DNA from: Myxococcota bacterium | Lineage (GTDB): Bacteria > Myxococcota > XYA12-FULL-58-9 > JABJBS01 | NCBI GenBank assembly: GCA_036339465.1 | Contig: JAYZAY010000096.1 | Coordinates: 1 to 31,961, forward strand | Direction: 5' to 3' | Length of the DNA stretch: 31,961 nucleotides | Shown: positions 8,381 through 16,787 of the stretch, in pieces | How positions within the stretch are numbered: position 1 is the first letter of the stretch | Layout of the letters: every line of letters starts with the position of its first letter | The notes under the pieces: model-generated | The model's input: the letters and a program-made list of their open reading frames with translations, nothing else | Databases searched by the model: none | What the model was told of the DNA's origin: nothing | Program-made: the position numbers and the translations under genes

Positions 8381-11300
8381 GTGAAAGATATTTTTTCGTT
8401 CTTCGAGAAACCGAAAGACCCAGTTAATTTCGATGCTATCCAGGTATCAATTGCGAGTCCCGAAAAGATCAGGGAGTGGTCTCATGGGGAGGTCAAAAAA
8501 CCGGAGACAATTAATTACCGAACCTTTAAGCCCGAACGCGATGGACTTTTCTGTGCTAAGATTTTCGGGCCGATTAAAGATTACGAGTGCCTATGTGGTA
8601 AGTACAAGCGCATGAAACACCGTGGAATCGTGTGTGAAAAGTGCGGTGTTGAGGTCATCCAGTCCAAGGTTCGTCGTGAGCGGCTTGGGCATATCAACCT
8701 AGCCACGCCCGTAGCACACATCTGGTTTCTGCGGTCGGTTCCATCCCGGATTGGGGCTATCCTGGATATGACGATGCGCGAGTTAGAAAAGGTGCTATAC
8801 TGTGAGGCATTTGTCGTCACCGAGCCAGGTAAACTCGAGTTGAAGTTAGGTGCTATGCTCTCTGAAGAGGAGTATCTAGAAGTCGTCGAGGAACACGGAC
8901 CCGGTGCTTTCACGGCGGAAATGGGCGGCGAGGCCGTACGATCCCTTCTTAGAGAAATCGACCTAGAAGTGTTATCTGCCGAATTGCGTGAGGAAATGCT
9001 GACGACCGCATCTGAGGCGAAGCGGAAGAAGACGGCTAAGAGGTTGAAAATCTGTGAAGCCCTACGAGACTCCGACAATAATCCCGAATGGCTAATGCTT
9101 GAAGTTATCCCCGTATTGCCTCCTGACCTGAGGCCTTTGGTGCCGTTGGATGGTGGCCGTTTTGCGACTTCTGATCTCAACGACCTTTACCGTCGCGTCA
9201 TTAATCGTAACAATCGGTTGAAGCGTCTGCAGGAGCTAAATGCACCTGAAATTATTATCCGCAACGAGAAACGGATGCTTCAGGAAGCTGTCGATGCTCT
9301 ATTTGACAATGGTAGGCGAGGTAAGAGTATTACAGGGCCCTCAAAACGACCTCTCAAGTCATTATCCGATATGATTAAGGGTAAGCAGGGCAGGTTTAGG
9401 CAGAACCTCCTTGGTAAACGGGTCGATTATTCTGCACGGAGTGTCATTGTTGTAGGACCTGAATTAAAACTGCATGAATGTGGTATTCCGAAGGTAATGG
9501 CTTTGGAGTTATTCAAGCCCTTTATTTACAACAAGCTAGAGGAGCGTGGTTACGTTACGACCATCAAAAGTGCTAAGAAGATGGTCGAAAAAGCAATGCC
9601 TGAAGTCTGGGACATTTTGGATGAGGTCATTCGAGAGCACCCGGTAATGTTGAACCGTGCGCCTACGTTGCACCGGCTTGGCATGCAGGCGTTTGAACCG
9701 GTCCTTATTGAGGGCAAAGCCATTCAGCTCCACCCACTGGTATGTACTGCCTTCAACGCGGATTTCGACGGTGACCAGATGGCTGTTCATGTTCCGCTTT
9801 CGGTTGAGGCCCAATTAGAAACCCGCGTGTTGATGATGTCCACCAACAACATCCTGAGTCCTGCGAACGGAAAACCAATCATTGTTCCAACTCAAGATAT
9901 CGTTCTCGGCTGTTATTATATGACCCGGGAGCGGCCCGGCGTGCATGGAGTTGGGATGCGCTTCGCTGGAATCGAGGAGGCAAGTGCCGCATATGATCAT
10001 GGTGCGGTCGACCTACAAGCTGCGATTGAATGTCGGATTGGCGGCGAGATGGTTAAAACCACGGTAGGGCGCGTATTGTTGTATGATATCGTCCCTAAAG
10101 AACTGCCTTTTAAATTGGTAAACAAGGTTATGGACAAAAAGGCCCTCGGTGCGTTGATTGACGCATGTTACCGAAGGTGCGGGCAGAAGGGGACGGTCCT
10201 CCTTGCAGATCAATTAAGAACGCTGGGTTATCAAAATGCAACCAAGGCCGGTATCTCGATTTCTATTAAGGACATGAGTATCCCAGAAAAGAAAACCCTT
10301 TTCATCGATAGGGCGCAGGAGAATGTAGCGGAAATTGAAAATCAGTACAATGAAGGTCTGATCACAGACGGTGAGCGATACAATAAAGTGATCGACATTT
10401 GGTCGCGCGTGGCGGAAGAGCTTGAAGGCGAGTTGATGAGCCATATCGCGACTGAGGACTTTGTTCCCAAATCAGGCGACCCCGTTAAAACAGCCTCCAT
10501 GAATTCGGTTTTTATCATGGCTGATTCAGGTGCTCGTGGCTCGAGACAGCAAATTAAGCAGCTGGCGGGCATGCGTGGGTTGATGGCTAAACCGTCGGGT
10601 GAAATCATCGAAACTCCTATTACTGCGAATTTTCGTGAAGGCCTTTCGGTCTTGCAGTACTTCATCTCCACACACGGTGCGCGAAAAGGTTTGGCGGATA
10701 CTGCTTTGAAGACTGCAAACTCTGGGTATTTAACCAGACGTCTTGTGGATGTCGCGCAGGATACGGTCGTAACAGAATTTGACTGCGGGACTCTTGATGG
10801 TATCGAAATTGAAGCATTGATCGAGGCCGGCGAGGTGATTGAGCCCTTGGGTGACCGAATCCTTGGTCGTGTGGCCCTCGAAGATATTCTTCATCCGCAC
10901 ACCGACGAGCCTATCGCAGCGGCTGGGGAACTCATTGACGAGATTAAGGTCAAGCAGATCAATGATTCACCAATTCGCTTGGTCCGTGTACGTTCGCCTC
11001 TGACGTGTCAGACGAAACGTGGTATCTGCGTGGAATGCTACGGCCGTGATTTATCACGTGGGCACAAGGTTAATATTGGTGAAGCCGTCGGTGTCATCGC
11101 TGCTCAATCCATTGGGGAGCCTGGTACCCAGTTGACGATGAGAACTTTCCATATCGGAGGCATTGCTTCCGGGCGGGCAGCTCAGTCGACGCTTGAAGCT
11201 AGAGGCCCAGGCTCGTTGCGCTATATTAATCTTCACTCGGTACGGAAGGGTGATGGTTCAATCGTTGTTATGAGTCGGAACGGGGAGATCGCAGTTATAG

Positions 11301-12550
11301 ATGAAAGCGGGCGGGAGCGGGAGCGCTACGTCGTCAACTACGGTGCTACCATGAAAGTCGCGGACCAGACTGAAGTAAAGGCTGGCGATGCGCTTTGTGA
11401 ATGGGACCCCTTTGCCGTTCCAATTCTAACCGAGGTTTCTGGCGCGGTTCAGTATGGTGATATCATCGAAGGTGTCACCATGCAGGAGCAGTTGGACGAC
11501 ATCACTGGCCTGTCCCGACGAACCATTATTGAATCTAAAGACAATGATACGCGGCCAAGGCTGATCATCGGGACACACACAGGAGAATCAGAAACAGCCG
11601 GTGTTTCGGAAAATGGAGCGCGCTATTTTCTGCCGATTGGGACGAACATTGCGGTGCATCCCGGTGACGTCATGGAAGCAGGTGACGTTATTGCTCGGAT
11701 TCCTAGAGAAACAACCAAAGACAAGGACATTACAGGCGGCCTTCCTCGCGTCGCGGAGCTATTCGAGGCCCGTAAGCCCAAGGAACACGCTTTGATTTCT
11801 GAAATCGATGGGATTGTTCAATTTGGAAATGACACTAAGGGTAAACGCAAGGTTATTATTCAGCCAGAAATAGGTGAGCCAGCAGAGTATTTGGTCCCCA
11901 AACGGCGGCATCTTACGGTGCAAGAGAATGACCGCGTCCGCGCTGGCGATCCACTCATGGATGGGCCGGCCAACCCGCACGATATTTTGAGGGTCCTTGG
12001 TGAGAAAGCACTTGGCAAGTATCTTGTGGATGAAATTCAGGAAGTCTATAGACTTCAGGGCGTCCGTATCAATGACAAACATATCGAAGCGATTGTTCGT
12101 CAGATGCTTAGAAGAGTTCGGATCAAAAAGGCTGGCGATACTCGCTTCCTGCTCGAGGAGCAGGTAGAGAAAGTTGAGTTTGAAGCGGAGAACGAGCGGG
12201 TAATGCAGTTGGGAGGTAGTCCGGCAATCGGGGAGCCAATGTTACTTGGCATCACGAAGGCATCTTTATCAACCCAATCATTTATATCCGCCTCCTCCTT
12301 TCAAGAAACGACGAAGGTGTTGACTGAAGCCTCCTTGGGAGGGCGAATCGACCGACTATTGGGATTGAAAGAAAATGTTATCATGGGGCGTTTAATCCCA
12401 GCTGGTACTGGTTTGAGCGGTTATAGTAAGTTGTCCTCGGTGGTAGATCCTGAGTTACTGGAAGTTGACGAGGAATACGAGATGACCATCGAAGATCGCG
12501 AAGGACCACTCTTAGCAAATCTGCCAATGGGATTTGCGGTCAACGAATAG
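8381..12550 (+). CDS. rpoC: DNA-directed RNA polymerase subunit beta'
   Basis: GTG start, Zn ribbon CLCGKYK...CEKC, catalytic [12 protein letters not shown], and trigger loop [13 protein letters not shown] followed by a large SI3-type insertion. Confidence 0.99.
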   Translation: MKDIFSFFEKPKDPVNFDAIQVSIASPEKIREWSHGEVKKPETINYRTFKPERDGLFCAKIFGPIKDYECLCGKYKRMKHRGIVCEKCGVEVIQSKVRRERLGHINLATPVAHIWFLRSVPSRIGAILDMTMRELEKVLYCEAFVVTEPGKLELKLGAMLSEEEYLEVVEEHGPGAFTAEMGGEAVRSLLREIDLEVLSAELREEMLTTASEAKRKKTAKRLKICEALRDSDNNPEWLMLEVIPVLPPDLRPLVPLDGGRFATSDLNDLYRRVINRNNRLKRLQELNAPEIIIRNEKRMLQEAVDALFDNGRRGKSITGPSKRPLKSLSDMIKGKQGRFRQNLLGKRVDYSARSVIVVGPELKLHECGIPKVMALELFKPFIYNKLEERGYVTTIKSAKKMVEKAMPEVWDILDEVIREHPVMLNRAPTLHRLGMQAFEPVLIEGKAIQLHPLVCTAFNADFDGDQMAVHVPLSVEAQLETRVLMMSTNNILSPANGKPIIVPTQDIVLGCYYMTRERPGVHGVGMRFAGIEEASAAYDHGAVDLQAAIECRIGGEMVKTTVGRVLLYDIVPKELPFKLVNKVMDKKALGALIDACYRRCGQKGTVLLADQLRTLGYQNATKAGISISIKDMSIPEKKTLFIDRAQENVAEIENQYNEGLITDGERYNKVIDIWSRVAEELEGELMSHIATEDFVPKSGDPVKTASMNSVFIMADSGARGSRQQIKQLAGMRGLMAKPSGEIIETPITANFREGLSVLQYFISTHGARKGLADTALKTANSGYLTRRLVDVAQDTVVTEFDCGTLDGIEIEALIEAGEVIEPLGDRILGRVALEDILHPHTDEPIAAAGELIDEIKVKQINDSPIRLVRVRSPLTCQTKRGICVECYGRDLSRGHKVNIGEAVGVIAAQSIGEPGTQLTMRTFHIGGIASGRAAQSTLEARGPGSLRYINLHSVRKGDGSIVVMSRNGEIAVIDESGRERERYVVNYGATMKVADQTEVKAGDALCEWDPFAVPILTEVSGAVQYGDIIEGVTMQEQLDDITGLSRRTIIESKDNDTRPRLIIGTHTGESETAGVSENGARYFLPIGTNIAVHPGDVMEAGDVIARIPRETTKDKDITGGLPRVAELFEARKPKEHALISEIDGIVQFGNDTKGKRKVIIQPEIGEPAEYLVPKRRHLTVQENDRVRAGDPLMDGPANPHDILRVLGEKALGKYLVDEIQEVYRLQGVRINDKHIEAIVRQMLRRVRIKKAGDTRFLLEEQVEKVEFEAENERVMQLGGSPAIGEPMLLGITKASLSTQSFISASSFQETTKVLTEASLGGRIDRLLGLKENVIMGRLIPAGTGLSGYSKLSSVVDPELLEVDEEYEMTIEDREGPLLANLPMGFAVNE

Positions 12551-12570
12551 TGTGAATTACGCATCGGGTT

Positions 12571-13098
12571 GTGGACATGTTGTTGAGGTGGTCGTCGGGT
12601 TTGGCTAGGGTAATTTTACTCAGCTCGTGTTTGATTGTTACTGGAGCCTCCACTTTAGATCACAGTCGGTTCGTTGGCCCTGAAAAATGTGGATCCTGTC
12701 ACGAGTTTGCGATGAGTAGGTGGTTAGACGGGCCGCACTCGTCGGCACTCAGTTCTTTAAGCGAGAGCGAGCGTAACAATGCAAGATGTACGTCCTGCCA
12801 CAGTCCGGAGGATGGTCTAGAAATCAAGGTAAGCAAGCACCTTTCGAGTGTGACGTGTGAATCGTGTCACGGTGCGGGCCGCTATTACCATCAGGATTAT
12901 GTGATGCGGGATAAGGAGTTATCCAAGGCAGTCGGCCTAGTCCTCGTGGAGAAAGCTCAGTGTCGTCGTTGCCACACTCTTGATTCTCCAAGTATTGAAA
13001 AATTTGACTACGAGGAGTTTTGGCAAAGGATTTCCCACTCCAAACGGGACCGTTTGGCATGGGAAAGAAGTAAAGGTAGAAATCCAGCAGCGGAATAA
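12571..13098 (+). CDS. Secreted tetraheme c-type cytochrome (c554-like family)
   Basis: N-terminal hydrophobic signal-like segment and four CxxCH motifs: CGSCH, CTSCH, CESCH(G), CRRCH. Start may be ATG 12577. Confidence 0.9.
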   Translation: MDMLLRWSSGLARVILLSSCLIVTGASTLDHSRFVGPEKCGSCHEFAMSRWLDGPHSSALSSLSESERNNARCTSCHSPEDGLEIKVSKHLSSVTCESCHGAGRYYHQDYVMRDKELSKAVGLVLVEKAQCRRCHTLDSPSIEKFDYEEFWQRISHSKRDRLAWERSKGRNPAAE

Positions 13099-13156
13099 AC
13101 CGCGAAAATCGTTCTCTTTCCTAACTTGTTGAAATAATTGTGAAAGCTTTATTGGT

Positions 13157-13732
13157 ATGCGTGGCAAATTTATTCTATCTAGCCCTAGCGGAAAAGGGTT
13201 ACCGCAGAAACAAGCCACAGAGATTGCTATTTTCGGTAGGTCGAACGTCGGTAAGAGTTCATTGATTGCGTCGTTAACGACAAATCCGAAAATAGTAAAG
13301 GTTTCTTCTAGGCCGGGTAAAACGCAATGTCTCAATTATTACGCTTTCGGAGACAGTTTCTTCCTCGTTGATTTTCCCGGTTATGGCTATGCGAAGGTGA
13401 GCAAGCAGCTGAGAGCGTCATTCAAAGTAATGATTAACTCCTATCTGATGCTGGACCCTCCAAGAGTAGATTTGATTCTCTTATTGATAGACTCAAGGAG
13501 GGAAAAGGTTAGTCAGCTGGACGTTGAAATGCTTGCTAACATTCGTCGGATAGACGCGGAAATACTCATTGTTGCGACGAAGATTGATACAATCGCAAAG
13601 AATAAGAGAGCCCAACGTTTACGTCTGCTCCGACAACAATTAAAGTGTGAAGTAGATGAAATTATCGGCCACTCCTCGAAACTTAAAGTGGGCAATAAGG
13701 ATATTTACGCGCGAATGAATGAGCGGATATGA
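13157..13732 (+). CDS. engB: Ribosome-biogenesis GTPase EngB/YihA/YsxC
   Basis: G1 GRSNVGKSS, VSSRPGKTQ, G3 DFPGYGYAK, G4 TKID. Confidence 0.96.
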   Translation: MRGKFILSSPSGKGLPQKQATEIAIFGRSNVGKSSLIASLTTNPKIVKVSSRPGKTQCLNYYAFGDSFFLVDFPGYGYAKVSKQLRASFKVMINSYLMLDPPRVDLILLLIDSRREKVSQLDVEMLANIRRIDAEILIVATKIDTIAKNKRAQRLRLLRQQLKCEVDEIIGHSSKLKVGNKDIYARMNERI

Positions 13733-13755
13733 TTCTGTAGCCAGAGTACGACACT

Positions 13756-14361
13756 ATGACACCCTGTCCCGGAATGACTTATCTCAGCTTAAGTATCCTC
13801 TTGTTTGTCCTCGGTTTGTGTTTGGAGGTGTTCGGGGCATCATACGGAGTGGAAATTGACGGTGTTGTGGCCGTGGTGGGTGAGCAAGTATTGACGCGCA
13901 CGGAGCTCCATGAAGAGATGCGGGTATTGTTAATATTGAGGGGGGGGGAACGTGCGGGTGCGGGTCACTTCTCCATCGAGCTCGAAAGAACGTTTTTAGA
14001 TTACGTTCTCTACCAGTTGATTGTATCTGTACATTCACTAAGGGCCGGGTTTCAAGAACCGCCGAATTTTGAACTTGACCAAATGAAGCAGCGGTTTCTC
14101 GATAAGTTTTTTTCATTGGAGTCCTATCATTCCTTCAAGCGCCGCTTTGGTCTTTCGGAATCGAGAATTCGAAATCTTCTTCGTCGTGAACTTAAGAATG
14201 AGCTTTTCCTGCGCGATCGTCTCAATGCCAGAGTTCGTAACGGCGCTCTGCCTGGAAAACCAAAGACGGAAGATGAACTACCACTTCTTAAGGAGATTTT
14301 GAACGAGATGCGTCGAACGGTGAGTGTGACGGTTATGTCCCGATGGTCGAAACCACCATGA
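13756..14361 (+). CDS. Exported protein with SurA N-terminal-domain-like sequence (no PPIase domain)
   Basis: Signal/TM segment then IDGVVAVVGEQVLTRTEL, which resembles the SurA 'DRIVAVVN..VIT.SEL' start. The remainder is helical. Confidence 0.6.
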   Translation: MTPCPGMTYLSLSILLFVLGLCLEVFGASYGVEIDGVVAVVGEQVLTRTELHEEMRVLLILRGGERAGAGHFSIELERTFLDYVLYQLIVSVHSLRAGFQEPPNFELDQMKQRFLDKFFSLESYHSFKRRFGLSESRIRNLLRRELKNELFLRDRLNARVRNGALPGKPKTEDELPLLKEILNEMRRTVSVTVMSRWSKPP

Positions 14362-14362
14362 G

Positions 14363-14785
14363 TTATGCTAGGTTTTCTTTGCCATTTGGACCGTTGCTCG
14401 CGGCGGTCTCGCTAGCCGGTTTGGTTTCGATTGGGGCATCGCCTAGCGGCTGGAAAAAAGCGGAGCTATCAAAATAGTCGAATTGGATGTATCTCTCGTT
14501 CTTTTGTTGGACTGTGATGCTTCCTGTGGACTGTGCGGTTCGCTGGTTTTCCGTTATGTTCCAAAGGTAATCCAATTGCAGCGTCTCGTTATTATCGCTG
14601 GATTCTGCGGAAAGCCATAGAGAAGCTTTCTTTGCGATATACGCGACGTTGGCAGAGCAAGAGTCGTACTCTCTTAGCCAGTAACAATGTCGCTCCGCTA
14701 TGACGTGAGGGGTCTACCGGTTTTGTGTGAGTGGGTGTCCGATCTAGGTGTTACGATGGCAAAATAGATGCTCATCTTTGTACAT
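14363..14785 (-). pseudogene. Disrupted gene, probably SnoaL/NTF2-like
   Basis: The frame of track ORF 14363-14575 stays open upstream to 14713 and reaches ATG 14785 only through two TAGs (14714-16, 14744-46). IGHPLT..TPHVIAER and DYFDSSAFFQPLG resemble the two ends of SnoaL-like proteins. Confidence 0.45.
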
Positions 14786-14866
14786 CTTTATAGACGAACC
14801 CTTGTCAAGTCTTGTGATTCGTAGAATATCCATTTTAACTGGTTCGAAACAGAGATTCTAAGGCAT

Positions 14867-15961
14867 ATGTATTCTATCGTTAAACCTGTTTTGTTTTCGC
14901 TTGACCCGGAAACGGCTCATAACCTGACATTTAAGGTGTGTGGTATTTCTCAAAATAGCTTGATTCCGCTATTCAAGACCATCGTGGGTAATACAGATCC
15001 ACGGTTGGAGCTAAAGGTTGGCGGTATTGAGTTTCAAGCGCCGGTTGGACTTGCTGCAGGCTTAGACAAAAACGGCATGTTGGTACGTCTATGGGATAGT
15101 CTAGGTTTCGGTGCAGTTGAGCTTGGGACTGTCACAGCTATTGCGCAGTCAGGGAACCCGCGTCCACGGTTGTTTCGTATTCCTGAACACGAGGCCTTAA
15201 TTAATAGAATGGGCTTCAATAATAATGGCTCAGACCACCTAATGGGAGAATTAAGGAAGTTGAATTCGATGGGGTGGACTACGAAAGTTCCGATTGGTGT
15301 GAATTTAGGTAAATCAAAGGGCACACCGCTAGAAAGCGCAGTGGCAGACTATAGGCAAAGCGCGGAGCGAGTCACGGGTTTGTGCGATTACCTGGTCGTT
15401 AACGTGAGCTCCCCTAATACTCCCGGACTACGCAAACTCCAACAAACTCACTTCCTAAGAGATATTTTGTTGGCGGTCATTGAAGTGAGTGAAAAAACGC
15501 CGGTGTTCCTGAAATTATCGCCGGACTTGAGTCGTGAAGCGTTACTCGAGGCTGTACTAGTGGCCAAGACGAGCAATGCAGCTGGAATTATTGCGTCCAA
15601 CACTTCCATTGACCATCGGTCCCTAGCTGACGTCGGAAATGGTGGCCTTTCTGGTAAACCAGTTTTTCAGAAAACCCTGGAAACCGTGTCATGGCTCTCG
15701 GAGGAAACTGATCTTCCGATTATTGGGGTGGGCGGTGTGAGTTCGGCTCGGGAAGTACTTGAGTTGCTGGCAGTAGGTGCGGCGGCTACCCAGCTCTATA
15801 CAGCCCTAATTTATCGTGGTCCGTTCTTGATACGTAGAATTCATTCAAAGCTGAGTGGCCTTATTAGGCGAGAGGGATTTGCAGATTTGTCGACCCTAAT
15901 CAATGATATGCGGTCGATGTCCCAATTTAACAGAGAAAAGCTTTTCCAATTGGTTGAATAG
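14867..15961 (+). CDS. pyrD: Quinone-dependent dihydroorotate dehydrogenase (class 2)
   Basis: GLAAGLDKNG, NRMGFNN, VNVSSPNTPGLR (catalytic Ser), LKLSPD, GGLSG, IGVGGV, QLYTALIYRGP. Confidence 0.97.
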   Translation: MYSIVKPVLFSLDPETAHNLTFKVCGISQNSLIPLFKTIVGNTDPRLELKVGGIEFQAPVGLAAGLDKNGMLVRLWDSLGFGAVELGTVTAIAQSGNPRPRLFRIPEHEALINRMGFNNNGSDHLMGELRKLNSMGWTTKVPIGVNLGKSKGTPLESAVADYRQSAERVTGLCDYLVVNVSSPNTPGLRKLQQTHFLRDILLAVIEVSEKTPVFLKLSPDLSREALLEAVLVAKTSNAAGIIASNTSIDHRSLADVGNGGLSGKPVFQKTLETVSWLSEETDLPIIGVGGVSSAREVLELLAVGAAATQLYTALIYRGPFLIRRIHSKLSGLIRREGFADLSTLINDMRSMSQFNREKLFQLVE

Positions 15962-15966
15962 TCGCG

Positions 15967-16770
15967 ATGTGTTTATGTGCTTCCTACCCCAAGAGAATCA
16001 TTTACCTCATTGCAGAAACCACGGAAGTTCTTTATCAATTGGGAGGCTAGGACCGGATTGTGGTGATTTTAGGCTTTACCGCCCGACCGGTTTGGGCCCC
16101 CAAAGAGAAACCGAAAGTTAGTGTATTCGCCGAATCCAGGAGCGATGACATTGAAGGTTTAGAGCCTGATCTTGTAGTGGATTTCTCAGATATTTAAGTT
16201 TCAACCACCGAGCAATTTATTCGGCGAGGATATGCCGTTTACTGTTTCAACCAACGCACAACAAGTGCGATTCTTGGTGAGATTCTGCAGATTGGTGCGT
16301 TAGTGGGTGAGTAGCTGGAAGCAGAGCCTTATGTGGCAAGCCAGGAAAAGCGTCTCAAGCAAGTAAAGCAGACAACGGACCGGTTTTCCGCCAAGCCCAG
16401 GGTCTATTTTGAAGAATGACCGGTTCCGATGCTCCACTCAACCCTGTGGGTTTCTGAGCTCATAGAGCTTTTGGGTGAAATCGATATTTTTTCCAATCGT
16501 TTGAATACCGGCTTGGCGGAAAATGGAATCATCGAAAATCTTCGATGGTGGAGCATCCCAATTCAGAAATCACTATTGCGTCCTGGTGCGGAAAAAAGTC
16601 TCTAACGATCAATTTAAAGGCCGCATCGGGTGGCGAGGGATAAGGTAATCAGGAATAACCGAATATTTATGAGAGAAGGAGCGGTTTAATATGACAACAA
16701 GGTCCGGCTTGTTTGACCGATGGACTTGACCCGTTTGATGGAAATTATAGGCAGCTATAACAATGAATAT
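15967..16770 (+). pseudogene. Pseudogene of a cobalamin/Fe-siderophore-type (BtuF-like) substrate-binding protein
   Basis: Hand translation: YPKRIIYLIAETTEVLYQLGG*DRIV...KEKPKVS...LEPDLVVDFSDI*...FNQRT...KPRVYFEE*PVPM...WVSELIE, then in shifted frames IASWCGKK, GRIGW and QGPACLTDGLD. Stops at 16048, 16195, 16312 and 16417, plus several 3' frameshifts. End coordinate approximate. Confidence 0.9.
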
Positions 16771-16787
16771 GGCCCTTTTTGTAACGA

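Noticed and set aside
14358..14477. 39-codon + strand ORF MSYARFSLPFGPLLAAVSLAGLVSIG..., resembling an Ogt methyltransferase N-terminus
   Set aside because: No PCHR motif was found downstream. It is better explained as the antisense of the minus-strand relic.
14802..14827. TTGTCA...TAGAAT before pyrD (and TTGACT...TAGAAT near 19975-20006)
   Set aside because: Spacers of 14 and 20 nt are outside the sigma70 range.
15967..16770. Stop-codon reassignment or selenocysteine/pyrrolysine readthrough as the cause of in-frame stops
   Set aside because: All three stop types and frameshifts occur, and all three stops terminate normal genes in this window.
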